From a virus (Duplodnaviria; Caudoviricetes), in IMG/VR virus record IMGVR_UViG_3300046707_000080, positions 1 through 54,134 of that record: DNA of 54,134 bases. One strand, 5' to 3'. The notes under the pieces are model-generated. The model was given only the letters and a program-made list of their open reading frames with translations, searched no databases and had not been told where the DNA came from. This document shows positions 8,938-18,027 of the stretch, piece by piece (position 1 is the first letter of the stretch; each line of letters begins with the position of its first letter). A program made the translations under genes and the position numbers.

Positions 8938-8953
8938 TGTTCCATGTGGAACA
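8938..8953. promoter_or_regulatory. parS-like ParB-binding palindrome
   Basis: TGTTCCATGTGGAACA, 15/16 to the chromosomal parS variant TGTTCCACGTGGAACA. Confidence 0.75.
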
Positions 8954-9575
8954 TTCATAGGGTAACTACTTAAACAATGAACTACTAATAAAGTTGAGAT
9001 AAGAACTATTACTGCTGACGCTAGTATTCCGACCCAGAATTCTTTTAGAAACTCAGACATTTTTACATGATACCTTGTCAAGGAATCCTTGACTACTCAA
9101 TCATTAAACAGACTTCACACATGAGTAATGTGCATATAAATATACACATAAGATATACACCAATAATAGATACTATTTTATCCATAGAGAATATATATCA
9201 CTTGCCCTAACACACATCAGTATACCAAGGAAGAATAGAGTACATACAACAGTGATAGCTACTAGTTCTTCATGACTTAAAGGCGGAAATATCCGCTTCG
9301 ATATCCTATACAATATCCTCTTGACCGCTGAAATCGCTAAAGCACCGGATAGAAAAGCTAATAAGAAGTTGTCTCCCCTCGCATTAGAAATGCAACCTAA
9401 TAGGATAGATAAGATTATTGAGAGGCCAGTAATGTAGGGGATAGCGTTTATTCTAGAAGTCCTCTCGTTAAATTAGTAATGAGTCCTATGATGCAAACTA
9501 CTAATAATATCTTCTCTGTTATAGACATAGCTCGCCAGAGTTCTTTATAGAAATCCATTCGGGTATATTCTTTTT

Positions 9576-9776
9576 TCATTTTAGCATCTCCAATAGAGTC
9601 TTTTCAGAAGGAAGAAGTATGAGGAATAATGATATTATTAATACCCAAAGTAATACAAACTTTGCATCCTTATTATTTTCATTTATATAAGCGATTAACC
9701 CTAATACACCAATAATAAAAAATACCCATAGAAAAACCTTAACTCCAAATATTATATCTATTAGGTAATTAATCAT
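9576..9776 (-). CDS. Small membrane protein
   Basis: Two TM helices; ends LEMLK like its upstream neighbour. Confidence 0.55.
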   Translation of the reverse strand: MINYLIDIIFGVKVFLWVFFIIGVLGLIAYINENNKDAKFVLLWVLIISLFLILLPSEKTLLEMLK

Positions 9777-10105
9777 TTTAGCATTTCCAATCTCTTTTTT
9801 TCTCTTTCTCTATCTCTTTTCCTCATAGGCTTCTTATAATCTTCTTGATAGCAAGAATTTAGATGCTTGCGAACTTCTTTGAAGTTTCCTTTATCCACTA
9901 AGGAGAGAGATAGTTCTTTCTTCACATCTTCAAATCTTAACTCGGCTTTCCCCTCTTGGAACCATCGACTATATATGAGATATCCCAAGAATCTAAGCAT
10001 TTCTCTCGCGGAATTTGTTTGCATCATTTCATATTCATTCTGAATATCTGCGATTATATTGTGCTGAACAGAAATCAATAGTTTAAATCTCTTATTTTGA
10101 GTCAT
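9773..10105 (-). CDS. Hypothetical protein
   Basis: GGAGG RBS; coupled ORF array. Confidence 0.6.
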   Translation of the reverse strand: MTQNKRFKLLISVQHNIIADIQNEYEMMQTNSAREMLRFLGYLIYSRWFQEGKAELRFEDVKKELSLSLVDKGNFKEVRKHLNSCYQEDYKKPMRKRDREREKKRLEMLK

Positions 10106-10106
10106 G

Positions 10107-10370
10107 TCAACCTCCTATATTATCCCATCCACCGGTAGTAGCCTTACTATATTCTTCTTCTGTCTCCCATGGCCATTTCTTTCTATATAATAGACTGTGT
10201 CTTTTGTCGGCAGTTTCGTAAATTTTTCTCCATAATTTAATATCTATTCCATCAACATCATTTAATTCCACCATTGTTTCTCCATATTGTGGATTCTCCT
10301 TTATAAGATCCACAAGGATCTCAATAAATTCATTTAAAGTTACTTCTCCATCAAACATAATATTATCCAT
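10107..10370 (-). CDS. Hypothetical protein
   Basis: AGGAG RBS; VTLNEFIEIL small-phage-protein start pattern. Confidence 0.6.
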   Translation of the reverse strand: MDNIMFDGEVTLNEFIEILVDLIKENPQYGETMVELNDVDGIDIKLWRKIYETADKRHSLLYRKKWPWETEEEYSKATTGGWDNIGG

Positions 10371-10435
10371 ATAAAATACTCCTGTTTAAATATACACCAT
10401 ATAGAGCTTATCCTCGATATGGTCTTACTCGAGTA

Positions 10436-10479
10436 AATATATATGCTATACTTACACTTGTCAATATGTGTACTATAAT
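10436..10479. promoter_or_regulatory. Divergent sigma70-type promoter pair
   Basis: Minus: TTGACA(10464-10459)-17-TATATT; plus: CTTACA(10451)-17-TATAAT(10474); lies between divergent gene blocks. Confidence 0.6.
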
Positions 10480-10546
10480 ATTTAACAAGTTATAAGACTG
10501 TGGTAGTATTGACAGGGATAGTGGATATAGGAATAGGAGATAAATC

Positions 10547-11011
10547 ATGAAGAAGATAGCGAAGAAGACGGTTAAAGGTAAAGTTGTTCGACCAAGAAAA
10601 ATGATTTCAATAGATCCGGCTCAAAAACGAATGGTAGAAAAATCTTTAGTTGCTCAGTTTAATCAGCCTCCGAAAAAGACTGCCAAAAAAGGTGAAAAAG
10701 CTCTTTCAAGAATTAGAAAAAAGATTAGTGAAAGTAAAGCTCAAGATGATGTTTCTGAAACATTTGGTAATCAATCATATTATACAAGGGATGGGATTCC
10801 TCTTGCCTCTTTGAAAGGTAAAAAAGTTGAGGTTGTTAATTTATATGAATTCCTGAAAAATTTAAGTGAGAATTTAGTATATATGCTTAAAAGGATAGAT
10901 TTCATTGCAAAAAAGCTAGGATATGGCAGTGATAGTCTATTTCCTAGCGAATTTATGACTACCAATGAAATTAATGCTAATGTGGCTAAGCTTAAAGGGA
11001 TTAAGGAATGA
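10547..11011 (+). CDS. Hypothetical Lys-rich protein
   Basis: AGGAG RBS; very basic N-terminus. Confidence 0.65.
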   Translation: MKKIAKKTVKGKVVRPRKMISIDPAQKRMVEKSLVAQFNQPPKKTAKKGEKALSRIRKKISESKAQDDVSETFGNQSYYTRDGIPLASLKGKKVEVVNLYEFLKNLSENLVYMLKRIDFIAKKLGYGSDSLFPSEFMTTNEINANVAKLKGIKE

Positions 11012-11337
11012 ATATAGAAGAGCTGGATAAGAAAGTGAAATCGTTATGCAGAGCGGTTCTTGATGCAAAAACAGTTTTAGATGGCATTGAGCGATCTATT
11101 CGGGAATTGGAAGATCAGGAGTATTTTAAAAGAAATGATTTGGATTCGTTGCATAAGCAGTTACAGAATTATCGTTTAAATCCTCCTTTCGCATTTGGAC
11201 ATAGTCTTGGTGGATTGGAAAGAATGTCAGATGGCGCATTTGAAGATGCGATAGCCGAATGTTTTGAATATAGGAAAAAGTATAAAGAACTTAAGAGAGA
11301 AATAGATAGAGTGGAAGCAAGGGATGAAGATAATTGA
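11008..11337 (+). CDS. Hypothetical coiled-coil protein
   Basis: ATGA coupling; heptad-like pattern. Confidence 0.6.
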   Translation: MNIEELDKKVKSLCRAVLDAKTVLDGIERSIRELEDQEYFKRNDLDSLHKQLQNYRLNPPFAFGHSLGGLERMSDGAFEDAIAECFEYRKKYKELKREIDRVEARDEDN

Positions 11338-11387
11338 AAGTAAGTTATGTGACAACACAATTTACTCAGCAAAGGAGTAATTATTAA

Positions 11388-11798
11388 ATGGCAGTGAGTA
11401 ATAATTCTTGGAAAGGTGGTGCTTGGCCAAAAGGATATTGTCCTAATCCTGGTGGGCGTGCAAAGAATGTAACTGCGAATGCATTACGAGATAAAGCATT
11501 ATCTTATTGCATGGAAGGTATTGAATATCTTGCGAAAGTAATGCGTAATGAAGAAGAGAGTACCAAGAATAGAATTGTTGCAACGAGTATGATATTTGAT
11601 AGAGGATTAGGTAAACCTGCACAATCGATTGAACTTAAAGATCTGGATGGTGTATTAGGTAATATTACTAATATGACCAGAGCTGATATTGAATCAGCGC
11701 ATCAACAAGCAGTGAATCTAATATCAGATGCTACTAAAGGGATAAAAGAAAGTAAGATTGTGGATACAAAGAAGAAAGGAGAAACCTATGAAGGATGA
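11388..11798 (+). CDS. terS: Probable terminase small subunit (DUF5681-like N-terminus)
   Basis: WPKGYCPNPGGRAK start and IFDRGLGKPAQSIE motif typical of phage TerS-like proteins. Confidence 0.65.
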   Translation: MAVSNNSWKGGAWPKGYCPNPGGRAKNVTANALRDKALSYCMEGIEYLAKVMRNEEESTKNRIVATSMIFDRGLGKPAQSIELKDLDGVLGNITNMTRADIESAHQQAVNLISDATKGIKESKIVDTKKKGETYEG

Positions 11799-11991
11799 TT
11801 CTTTAATAAATCGATTAGAATCTAGAATAGTCGATTTAGAGAATGCATTCCAAGACAATGTAAATCTTAGATTGTTACGTATGGAATCTCATATAGTTAA
11901 TTTGCTTACAGATTGCAAAATTCTTAATAGAAAGATGAGTGATATTGATAATCTTGAAGCAACAATTACTATTCATTGGCCGAAGGAGTAA
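11788..11991 (+). CDS. Small coiled-coil protein (paralogue of 11996..12154)
   Basis: MKDDSLINRL vs MKDDILNRL; AAGGAG RBS. Confidence 0.55.
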   Translation: MKDDSLINRLESRIVDLENAFQDNVNLRLLRMESHIVNLLTDCKILNRKMSDIDNLEATITIHWPKE

Positions 11992-11995
11992 GTAT

Positions 11996-12154
11996 ATGAA
12001 GGATGATATATTAAATAGATTAAACGAAATGGACGCACGACTGTCAGCATTAACAGCAACTCTGAACTATATAGATAAGAACATTATATTCATAATGTCT
12101 TGTATGAATAGACTTCCTCATCCTGAACCTATTATCCTACATAAGGATAAGTAA
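11996..12154 (+). CDS. Small coiled-coil protein
   Basis: AAGGAG RBS before ATG 11996. Confidence 0.55.
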   Translation: MKDDILNRLNEMDARLSALTATLNYIDKNIIFIMSCMNRLPHPEPIILHKDK

Positions 12155-12157
12155 TCC

Positions 12158-12379
12158 ATGGGCATCTTCCAATTAGACAGACGAGCGCTTAACAAGCTTC
12201 TAAAAGATGCTTATACAGGTCCTGATGAAATTCATGTTGATATCATGTCTCAAGCTGAGCTGATAAGAAGAATATTCGTATCGATGTTGGATAGGATTAA
12301 AGAGTTGGAAGGAAAGGTGAAAGGATTGTGTGCAACAGAGCAATCGAGATGGAATAGCATTAGAGGCCTGAATGAATAA
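12158..12379 (+). CDS. Hypothetical protein
   Basis: AAGGA RBS; part of a tight ORF array. Confidence 0.55.
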   Translation: MGIFQLDRRALNKLLKDAYTGPDEIHVDIMSQAELIRRIFVSMLDRIKELEGKVKGLCATEQSRWNSIRGLNE

Positions 12380-12390
12380 GGATAACCCTA

Positions 12391-12756
12391 ATGTCTTGTG
12401 AATATTGTGACGATGACGATGATGATTACGAACCTACCTTAAAAGAAAAGGTACGGGATGTATTTAAATCTATCTTCATTAAGATTAAGTCATGTCTTCC
12501 TAACAATGAATTGAAAGAAATTATTAGAGACGAGTTTGATAAGGTTGAACATACCAATGTTGCTTTAACTGATGCTGTTGGTAGAGTTAATAGTAGGCTG
12601 TATCTCTTGGAAAAGGAAATGACTTATATCCTTGAATATCTTGCCAAATACACAAAATATCAAGAAGCGGCTCGAGTGGAGGAATCTGAGAAGTTCTTAG
12701 ATGAAAAGAAGAAGATAGAATCTGAGGATGATTCTAAGGATAAACCTAATGGCTAA
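12391..12756 (+). CDS. Hypothetical protein
   Basis: AAGGA RBS; CEYC followed by poly-Asp. Confidence 0.55.
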   Translation: MSCEYCDDDDDDYEPTLKEKVRDVFKSIFIKIKSCLPNNELKEIIRDEFDKVEHTNVALTDAVGRVNSRLYLLEKEMTYILEYLAKYTKYQEAARVEESEKFLDEKKKIESEDDSKDKPNG

Positions 12757-13102
12757 AATATTCGACATCTTCAAAAAGAATCCTCCTAAAGAAGCAAAAC
12801 CTATAATAGAACCACAATCTAAGGTTACCATTATAAATCCAGGGAACTTTCTTACCATTGATAATATAGCTCCGAGGTTGACTCAGATATTAAAAGGTAA
12901 AGTTGATTTTAACATCTGGGGATTTTATCCTAACCTTTTTCATTTAAAAGAAGTTAAGTTATCAAGAACATTTGATGGCATCAGATTAGATGAAAATCCA
13001 ACTGGGATAGTAGTGGGAATATTATGTTCATCAGAAACTCATGAGTTAAAGTTTTTTAATGTAGGGCCAATAATAAATGAGATTATGAAGGAAAATACAT
13101 GA
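12728..13102 (+). CDS. Hypothetical protein
   Basis: Likely start MAKIF; part of array. Confidence 0.55.
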   Translation: MILRINLMAKIFDIFKKNPPKEAKPIIEPQSKVTIINPGNFLTIDNIAPRLTQILKGKVDFNIWGFYPNLFHLKEVKLSRTFDGIRLDENPTGIVVGILCSSETHELKFFNVGPIINEIMKENT

Positions 13103-13287
13103 CTTTAGATGAATTGATTCTCGGTTTAGAGGAGCTTAAAAAAATAGATCCTGATTGCGGTAATAGGTCTGTATATTTCAAAGATAATGATTATGATGAT
13201 TGCTATAATCCAATAGATTATCCTAGGTTGTTCACGATGAAAAGTTCTAAATATAAAAAGTTTGAGGAAGAAGCGGTTCATATATGA
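13099..13287 (+). CDS. Small hypothetical protein
   Basis: MTLDELI start also seen at 24203 (minus). Confidence 0.55.
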   Translation: MTLDELILGLEELKKIDPDCGNRSVYFKDNDYDDCYNPIDYPRLFTMKSSKYKKFEEEAVHI

Positions 13288-13297
13288 GATATAAATA

Positions 13298-14008
13298 ATG
13301 ACTAATAAAGGCCCTCGCCCGCATGTCTTCAAAGGAGAGATAAGATATCCTAAAGATATTATTCCAACCGGTGAAATAATAAGGAAAATCCTAGTTGATA
13401 AAAAAATCACTATTAATGCTATGAGCATTCTTCTAGGATTAAAGACCAGTATCTTAAGTAAGATAATCAATGGAGTGCGAAGATTAGATGATGAGAACGC
13501 TGAGAAATTAGAAGAAGCATTAGGACTTGAGCCGCAATATCTTATCAACGCAGAGAAGCAATATAGAGCAAGTATCAGTTTTAGAAAAGCATCAAAAGGA
13601 ATGGTTGATAATGATGAAGAAGATGAATATAGTGATTCAATGGAAAAGACTAAACCTAAGTTCAAATCTGAGCGAGAGATTGAGCAAGAGTATAGGAACT
13701 TCCACAGGAGTATGAGAGATTATATACAAAGCTTGCTGACGGGGAATATTGCCTATGTATTAATCTCTCACTCTGATACTTATGCCCTAATAGCAAAGGT
13801 TGTTAACTTAAACATAAGAGATTATAGAGAGACTATGTTTCAGTCGGTAGATAGAGAGATAAAGAAAGACTTTTGTATATTGACCGTATTCGAATGGGGG
13901 AGAGGAATACCGGATGGTAGTCCATTAAATAATCTAGGATGTGCTATAAAGAAGCTATATACGACTGAAGAGATTGAGAAGAGATTACAGGAGATAGGGA
14001 GTGTATGA
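13298..14008 (+). CDS. HigA/VapI-like XRE HTH protein with C-terminal extension
   Basis: PTGEII...LSKIINGVRRLDDENAEKLEEALGLEPQYLINAEKQY resembles HigA HPGExL...ITxxxAxxLxxxFGxxxxFWLNLQxxY. Confidence 0.7.
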   Translation: MTNKGPRPHVFKGEIRYPKDIIPTGEIIRKILVDKKITINAMSILLGLKTSILSKIINGVRRLDDENAEKLEEALGLEPQYLINAEKQYRASISFRKASKGMVDNDEEDEYSDSMEKTKPKFKSEREIEQEYRNFHRSMRDYIQSLLTGNIAYVLISHSDTYALIAKVVNLNIRDYRETMFQSVDREIKKDFCILTVFEWGRGIPDGSPLNNLGCAIKKLYTTEEIEKRLQEIGSV

Positions 14009-14175
14009 CAAGTGTTGATAACTCGCATATAAAAGATATCTGCCCAAATTGTGAAAAAATAACAATAATAGAAACCTTAAAAGATGAGGATTATGAATTT
14101 TTCAGGTGTTCTGAATGTGGGGAAGAATTTGATAAAGTAGGATGGGAGAGAAAGAAGAATTTAGATGACCATTAA
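14005..14175 (+). CDS. Small zinc-ribbon protein (56 aa)
   Basis: Read manually; CPNC...CSECG; GGGAG RBS, ATGA coupling. Confidence 0.55.
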   Translation: MTSVDNSHIKDICPNCEKITIIETLKDEDYEFFRCSECGEEFDKVGWERKKNLDDH

Positions 14176-14410
14176 CTGGATAGGTGAAGCATTAGATACA
14201 ATATTCAGCCTCTCTGGCAAGTATGGTCGCTGGTTAAACGTTAAAGGTAAGAAGACATGCTTCATCATATGGGGTATTTGCGTACTATACTGGTGTGGTA
14301 GGAATATCTATGTTGGGCTATATGCACAATCACTATTCTGTTTAGTATCATTTGGATTCCATGTTTACGGATATATTAACTGGAAGAATAAGGGGATAGG
14401 AGACAAGTAA
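14165..14410 (+). CDS. Small membrane protein, PnuC-like half
   Basis: CFIIWGI...GLYAQSL...VYGYINWK pattern, three TM segments. Confidence 0.55.
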   Translation: MTINWIGEALDTIFSLSGKYGRWLNVKGKKTCFIIWGICVLYWCGRNIYVGLYAQSLFCLVSFGFHVYGYINWKNKGIGDK

Positions 14411-14574
14411 TGCCTGATATTTATGGAATCCTAGAAACTGAAAGAAAAGAATGGACTCGTGAATATACAGAATACCTTAAAGGATTCATGAAATTAGTAG
14501 AAAAAGAATTGGATGATAAAGATGACTTGATTAAGAGCCTTAAAGAGCGATTGAGTAAGTATGAAAGTATCTGA
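14410..14574 (+). CDS. Small hypothetical protein (54 aa)
   Basis: Read manually; TAATG coupling; ends YESI like the next gene. Confidence 0.5.
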   Translation: MPDIYGILETERKEWTREYTEYLKGFMKLVEKELDDKDDLIKSLKERLSKYESI

Positions 14575-14809
14575 ACTTATAAAGTTTTTAGAAACACAAA
14601 ATCAGGATGCGAGTGTAGTATATCGTGCATTCGGATTTGATAATGAAGACACATTCCCCTTTGGGGAGGATGATATTGGAACTAGAGAATGCATTGATGA
14701 TGGAGAAAAGTTTGTTTGTTTTGATGTTGTAAGATACATAAGTTATGTCGTGAACGAAAGAAAAGAACGTTTCCGTAAGAAATTAAGAGAAATATATGAA
14801 AGTATCTGA
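14561..14809 (+). CDS. Hypothetical protein (MKVSEL group)
   Basis: MKVSELIKFLE start; ends YESI. Confidence 0.6.
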   Translation: MKVSELIKFLETQNQDASVVYRAFGFDNEDTFPFGEDDIGTRECIDDGEKFVCFDVVRYISYVVNERKERFRKKLREIYESI

Positions 14810-14963
14810 ATTGATTAGAAAGTTGCAAGATTTGGGAAAAGAGAAACTAAATTATGATGTGAAGGTTAGGATCATTCAGAATTATAAAAATGGATATAGA
14901 GAAATTACATCTTGCATAATTAATGCTTTTGTTCATTCTATCCTAGATGGATATATAAAGTGA
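14796..14963 (+). CDS. Small hypothetical protein (MKVSEL group, 55 aa)
   Basis: Read manually; MKVSELIRKLQ. Confidence 0.5.
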   Translation: MKVSELIRKLQDLGKEKLNYDVKVRIIQNYKNGYREITSCIINAFVHSILDGYIK

Positions 14964-15093
14964 CTTATCTCAAAAGGCTTACGACCTTTCTTTAAAGATT
15001 CCTCTGAAAACTTACGCTCTCTTCTTTCGGCGATGATATCAGCTAGGATGGCATTCTTACTATCATCTTTATGGAAGGTTCCTCTATTATCTT

Positions 15094-15309
15094 TCATTGC
15101 ATTCTACAATGTTCTGGGTGTGTCCTTTCAAAATCATCCATTATCTTATCAACCTCTTCATCACTTAAATCAGGACGAGCAAACTTAAGAAATGCTCTAT
15201 TATTTTCCCTATTGTAAAACCCCTCATCCATAGTAACTTTCGTTCTTTTTCCATCTGTAGAAATAACTTCGCGTTCTTTATCATCATCATTTCCAAATAT
15301 CATAGTCAC
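15094..15309 (-). CDS. Hypothetical protein
   Basis: AAGGT RBS; realistic composition. Confidence 0.5.
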   Translation of the reverse strand: MTMIFGNDDDKEREVISTDGKRTKVTMDEGFYNRENNRAFLKFARPDLSDEEVDKIMDDFERTHPEHCRMQ

Positions 15310-15457
15310 TTACCTTTTATCACCCTAATAGGAAAATCCATCCTAATCTTCTTACCACTTTCTATATCCTGCATTATCTGCCTAATAAATTTTATATGCT
15401 GTGGTTTATCTTTATCCTCTATGGTCATAGAACGTATCTCCTATATACTATCCAGCA

Positions 15458-17074
15458 ATGGAATCACTAAAAGACTTGGAAAGTCAACTATCGTCATATC
15501 GAGAAGCTCTGTTACCTATTTGGAAAGCAGAGGAGTCCCTACATGAGTTCGTAAAGCAAGCCTGGCATATCCTAGAACCTGAAACAGAATTCATTGATGG
15601 CTGGCATATAAAGGCTATCTGTGAGCATCTAGAAGCTATTACCTACGGTCTCATCCGTAACCTTATCATCAATGTTCCACCTCGTACGTGTAAATCCACT
15701 ATAGTATCAGTGATGTGGCCAGCTTGGTGGTGGATAATGGAGCCTCATAAACGATTCCTCTGTGCTTCTCACTCATATGATATATCCGGTCGTGATAGTC
15801 GCAACTGTCGCACGATAATTCAGTCAGATTGGTATCAGCGTAACTGGGGTCATGTCTTCAGTATCTCTGCTAAGGATAACAATAAGGATACAGAACACTT
15901 CTTTGAGAACAATTGTAGGGGCTATAGGAAGGCGGTCTCTGTTGGGTCTAAAGTAGCCGGTGTCGGCGCTGATGTCCTGATAGGAGACGATTTAAACGAT
16001 ATTAGCGAGGTATTCTCGGATACCATTAGGAATAAGACTAATCGATGGTATGGTTCAAGCTTTAGTACTCGTTTAAACAATCGTAAGACCGGCTCTAGGG
16101 TCATTATGATGCAACGTAGTCATGAGTTAGATGTAACGGGCTTCGTGCTCTCTAAGTACCCTGAGGAGTTTATAAAGCTTATCCTTCCCATGGAGTTTGA
16201 ACCGGATAATAAATGTAAGACTGTCATATTACCTTCAACGAATGATGCGGTATGGGAAGACCCTAGAACTAAGACCAATGAGCTTCTATGGCCTGAACAA
16301 GATGGTCCTAAAGAGGTGGAGCGACGGAAGAAGGACTTAGGGAGCGCTTATGATATAGCGGGTCAACTACAACAAAGACCTGCACCTGATGAAGGGGGTA
16401 TTATACGTAAGAAATCCTTTAAGTGGTGGATTAAACCAGAGCCGCCACAGATGACATTAGTCATCCAATCCTGGGATACAGCGCTCTCTAAAGACGATAT
16501 GGAGAAGAATAGCTTCCATGCCTGTACTACGTGGGGATTATTCACTGATGACAACCAGAGAACGAATCTGATGCTCTTAGGGATGTGGCGAGGACGATGT
16601 GAATATCCAGAGCTTAGAACAATGGTTAAAAGGCTCTCGTACGATTGGAGGGATGACGGAGTCGCCGATATTATTCCGGATGGTAAACATACGGCGGATA
16701 GGATAATCATTGAGGATAAAGCCTCTGGCTCACCTCTCGCTATGGATTTAACACGGATGGGATTAACAATAGAACGGTTTAACCCTACTAAGTATGGCGA
16801 TAAGATTGAAAGGGTAAGGTATGTGACCCATATTATAGAGAATGGTCAGGTATGGGTCAGAGCTATTCCACCGGATTATAAGAAGTTAAGATATTATGCT
16901 GAGAAGCATGTGGACTTATGTGCAGCTTTCCCTCATGCAGAGTCTAGGGATGTTGTAGATACAATGACACAAGCTATGTTACGATTGATGCAGAGTGGAT
17001 TGTTGAGGGATAAGTGGCAAGAGGTGAAGAAGACACAGAAGCGTCAATTTGCATTATATGGAGTAGATGAATGA
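15458..17074 (+). CDS. terL: Terminase large subunit
   Basis: INVPPRTCKST Walker A, LIGDD Walker B, QSWDTA and DVVDTMTQA nuclease motifs. Confidence 0.95.
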   Translation: MESLKDLESQLSSYREALLPIWKAEESLHEFVKQAWHILEPETEFIDGWHIKAICEHLEAITYGLIRNLIINVPPRTCKSTIVSVMWPAWWWIMEPHKRFLCASHSYDISGRDSRNCRTIIQSDWYQRNWGHVFSISAKDNNKDTEHFFENNCRGYRKAVSVGSKVAGVGADVLIGDDLNDISEVFSDTIRNKTNRWYGSSFSTRLNNRKTGSRVIMMQRSHELDVTGFVLSKYPEEFIKLILPMEFEPDNKCKTVILPSTNDAVWEDPRTKTNELLWPEQDGPKEVERRKKDLGSAYDIAGQLQQRPAPDEGGIIRKKSFKWWIKPEPPQMTLVIQSWDTALSKDDMEKNSFHACTTWGLFTDDNQRTNLMLLGMWRGRCEYPELRTMVKRLSYDWRDDGVADIIPDGKHTADRIIIEDKASGSPLAMDLTRMGLTIERFNPTKYGDKIERVRYVTHIIENGQVWVRAIPPDYKKLRYYAEKHVDLCAAFPHAESRDVVDTMTQAMLRLMQSGLLRDKWQEVKKTQKRQFALYGVDE

Positions 17075-17358
17075 CAGAAATCCCACAACATGCTATTGAA
17101 TCGCTCAAGAAATCCATGGCAAGAACACAGGTTATATTGTCAAATGGAATATTTAAGAATTCATTCTTTACTAGAAAATCCTTTATGAGGGAATTGAAGA
17201 GAAAGTTCTCAAGTAAGAGGAGTGGGTTTAAACATAGAACTATCATGAAGGAAAACCATAGAAGAATAAATGATATTTATACAAGGAATTGGCAAAAGAG
17301 TTTAAAAGGTTTCGATGATTGGAAAAAGACTTTGGATGAATATGGAGTAGATGAGTGA
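17071..17358 (+). CDS. Hypothetical basic protein
   Basis: GGAG RBS, ATGA coupling; ends YGVDE like terL. Confidence 0.55.
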   Translation: MTEIPQHAIESLKKSMARTQVILSNGIFKNSFFTRKSFMRELKRKFSSKRSGFKHRTIMKENHRRINDIYTRNWQKSLKGFDDWKKTLDEYGVDE

Positions 17359-17570
17359 GATTTAAAAAGCTTTTAGAATTCCTGAAAGTAAGATTAAATG
17401 ATAATCCAGAGTTATCAGATAAAGAAATAATATTGATTTGTTATAATAATAAAGATAATAGCATCATGTTTTCTGGGCTATTAGATACGGTATGCATTGG
17501 TACTGGAAATCATAATAAATATGGTAGAAATGAAGTAATTCAATTTATCCTAGAAGGAGTAGATGAATGA
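17355..17570 (+). CDS. Hypothetical protein
   Basis: GTGA coupling; ends GVDE. Confidence 0.55.
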   Translation: MRFKKLLEFLKVRLNDNPELSDKEIILICYNNKDNSIMFSGLLDTVCIGTGNHNKYGRNEVIQFILEGVDE

Positions 17571-17619
17571 TGGAAATAGATGCTCAGGAAAAGTTAAACA
17601 AAGAAGATAAATACTTTAG

Positions 17620-17680
17620 GGTTCGAACCATCGACCGCACGATTATCGATCGTGAGCTCTACCAGCTGAGCTATCTGTCC
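17620..17680 (-). pseudogene. Truncated tRNA-Ile(GAT)-like element
   Basis: GGACAGA TA GCTC-AGCTGGTA-GAGC T CACGA-TCGATAA-TCGTG CGGTC GATGG TTCGAAC C; D and anticodon arms pair, the 3' T-stem and acceptor strand are missing. Confidence 0.7.
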
Positions 17681-17820
17681 TCCATCTCCTCCTCAATTTT
17701 TCTCCGTAACTTACGAATCTCATATATTATTGAGAACATGAACTTACAAGTATAAAAGAAAAAAGTAATGAAAATAATAACAATTATAACAATTATAATA
17801 TTAACCATCATATCACTTCC

Positions 17821-18027
17821 TCAATCGTCATCTGTAATAATAAATACTTGATTGATATTTAAATCGAACTTCATTATAGCATTTGCCTTTCCTATCTTTG
17901 CGATAATAGCTCTTGCCTCATCCTCCATTATTTTCTTACCTACATATATCTCATCCTCTGGATCAAAGGACTTAAGGAAAGCTAACAAGGTAGATACTTT
18001 CATATCATTTCCTAACGCAGCTCTCAA
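17821..18027 (-). CDS. Hypothetical protein (MKVS group)
   Basis: Internal MKVSTLLAFLK start with AGGA RBS. Confidence 0.55.
   Translation of the reverse strand: MRAALGNDMKVSTLLAFLKSFDPEDEIYVGKKIMEDEARAIIAKIGKANAIMKFDLNINQVFIITDDD

Noticed and set aside
8910-8954. MFHMEH N-terminus of ORF 8679..8954
   Set aside because: This peptide is the translation of the parS palindrome; the start at 8909 is more plausible
17567-17755. 62-aa ORF after the third GVDE junction
   Set aside because: Most of it is the antisense of the tRNA-like element; probably a truncated cassette, not a real protein
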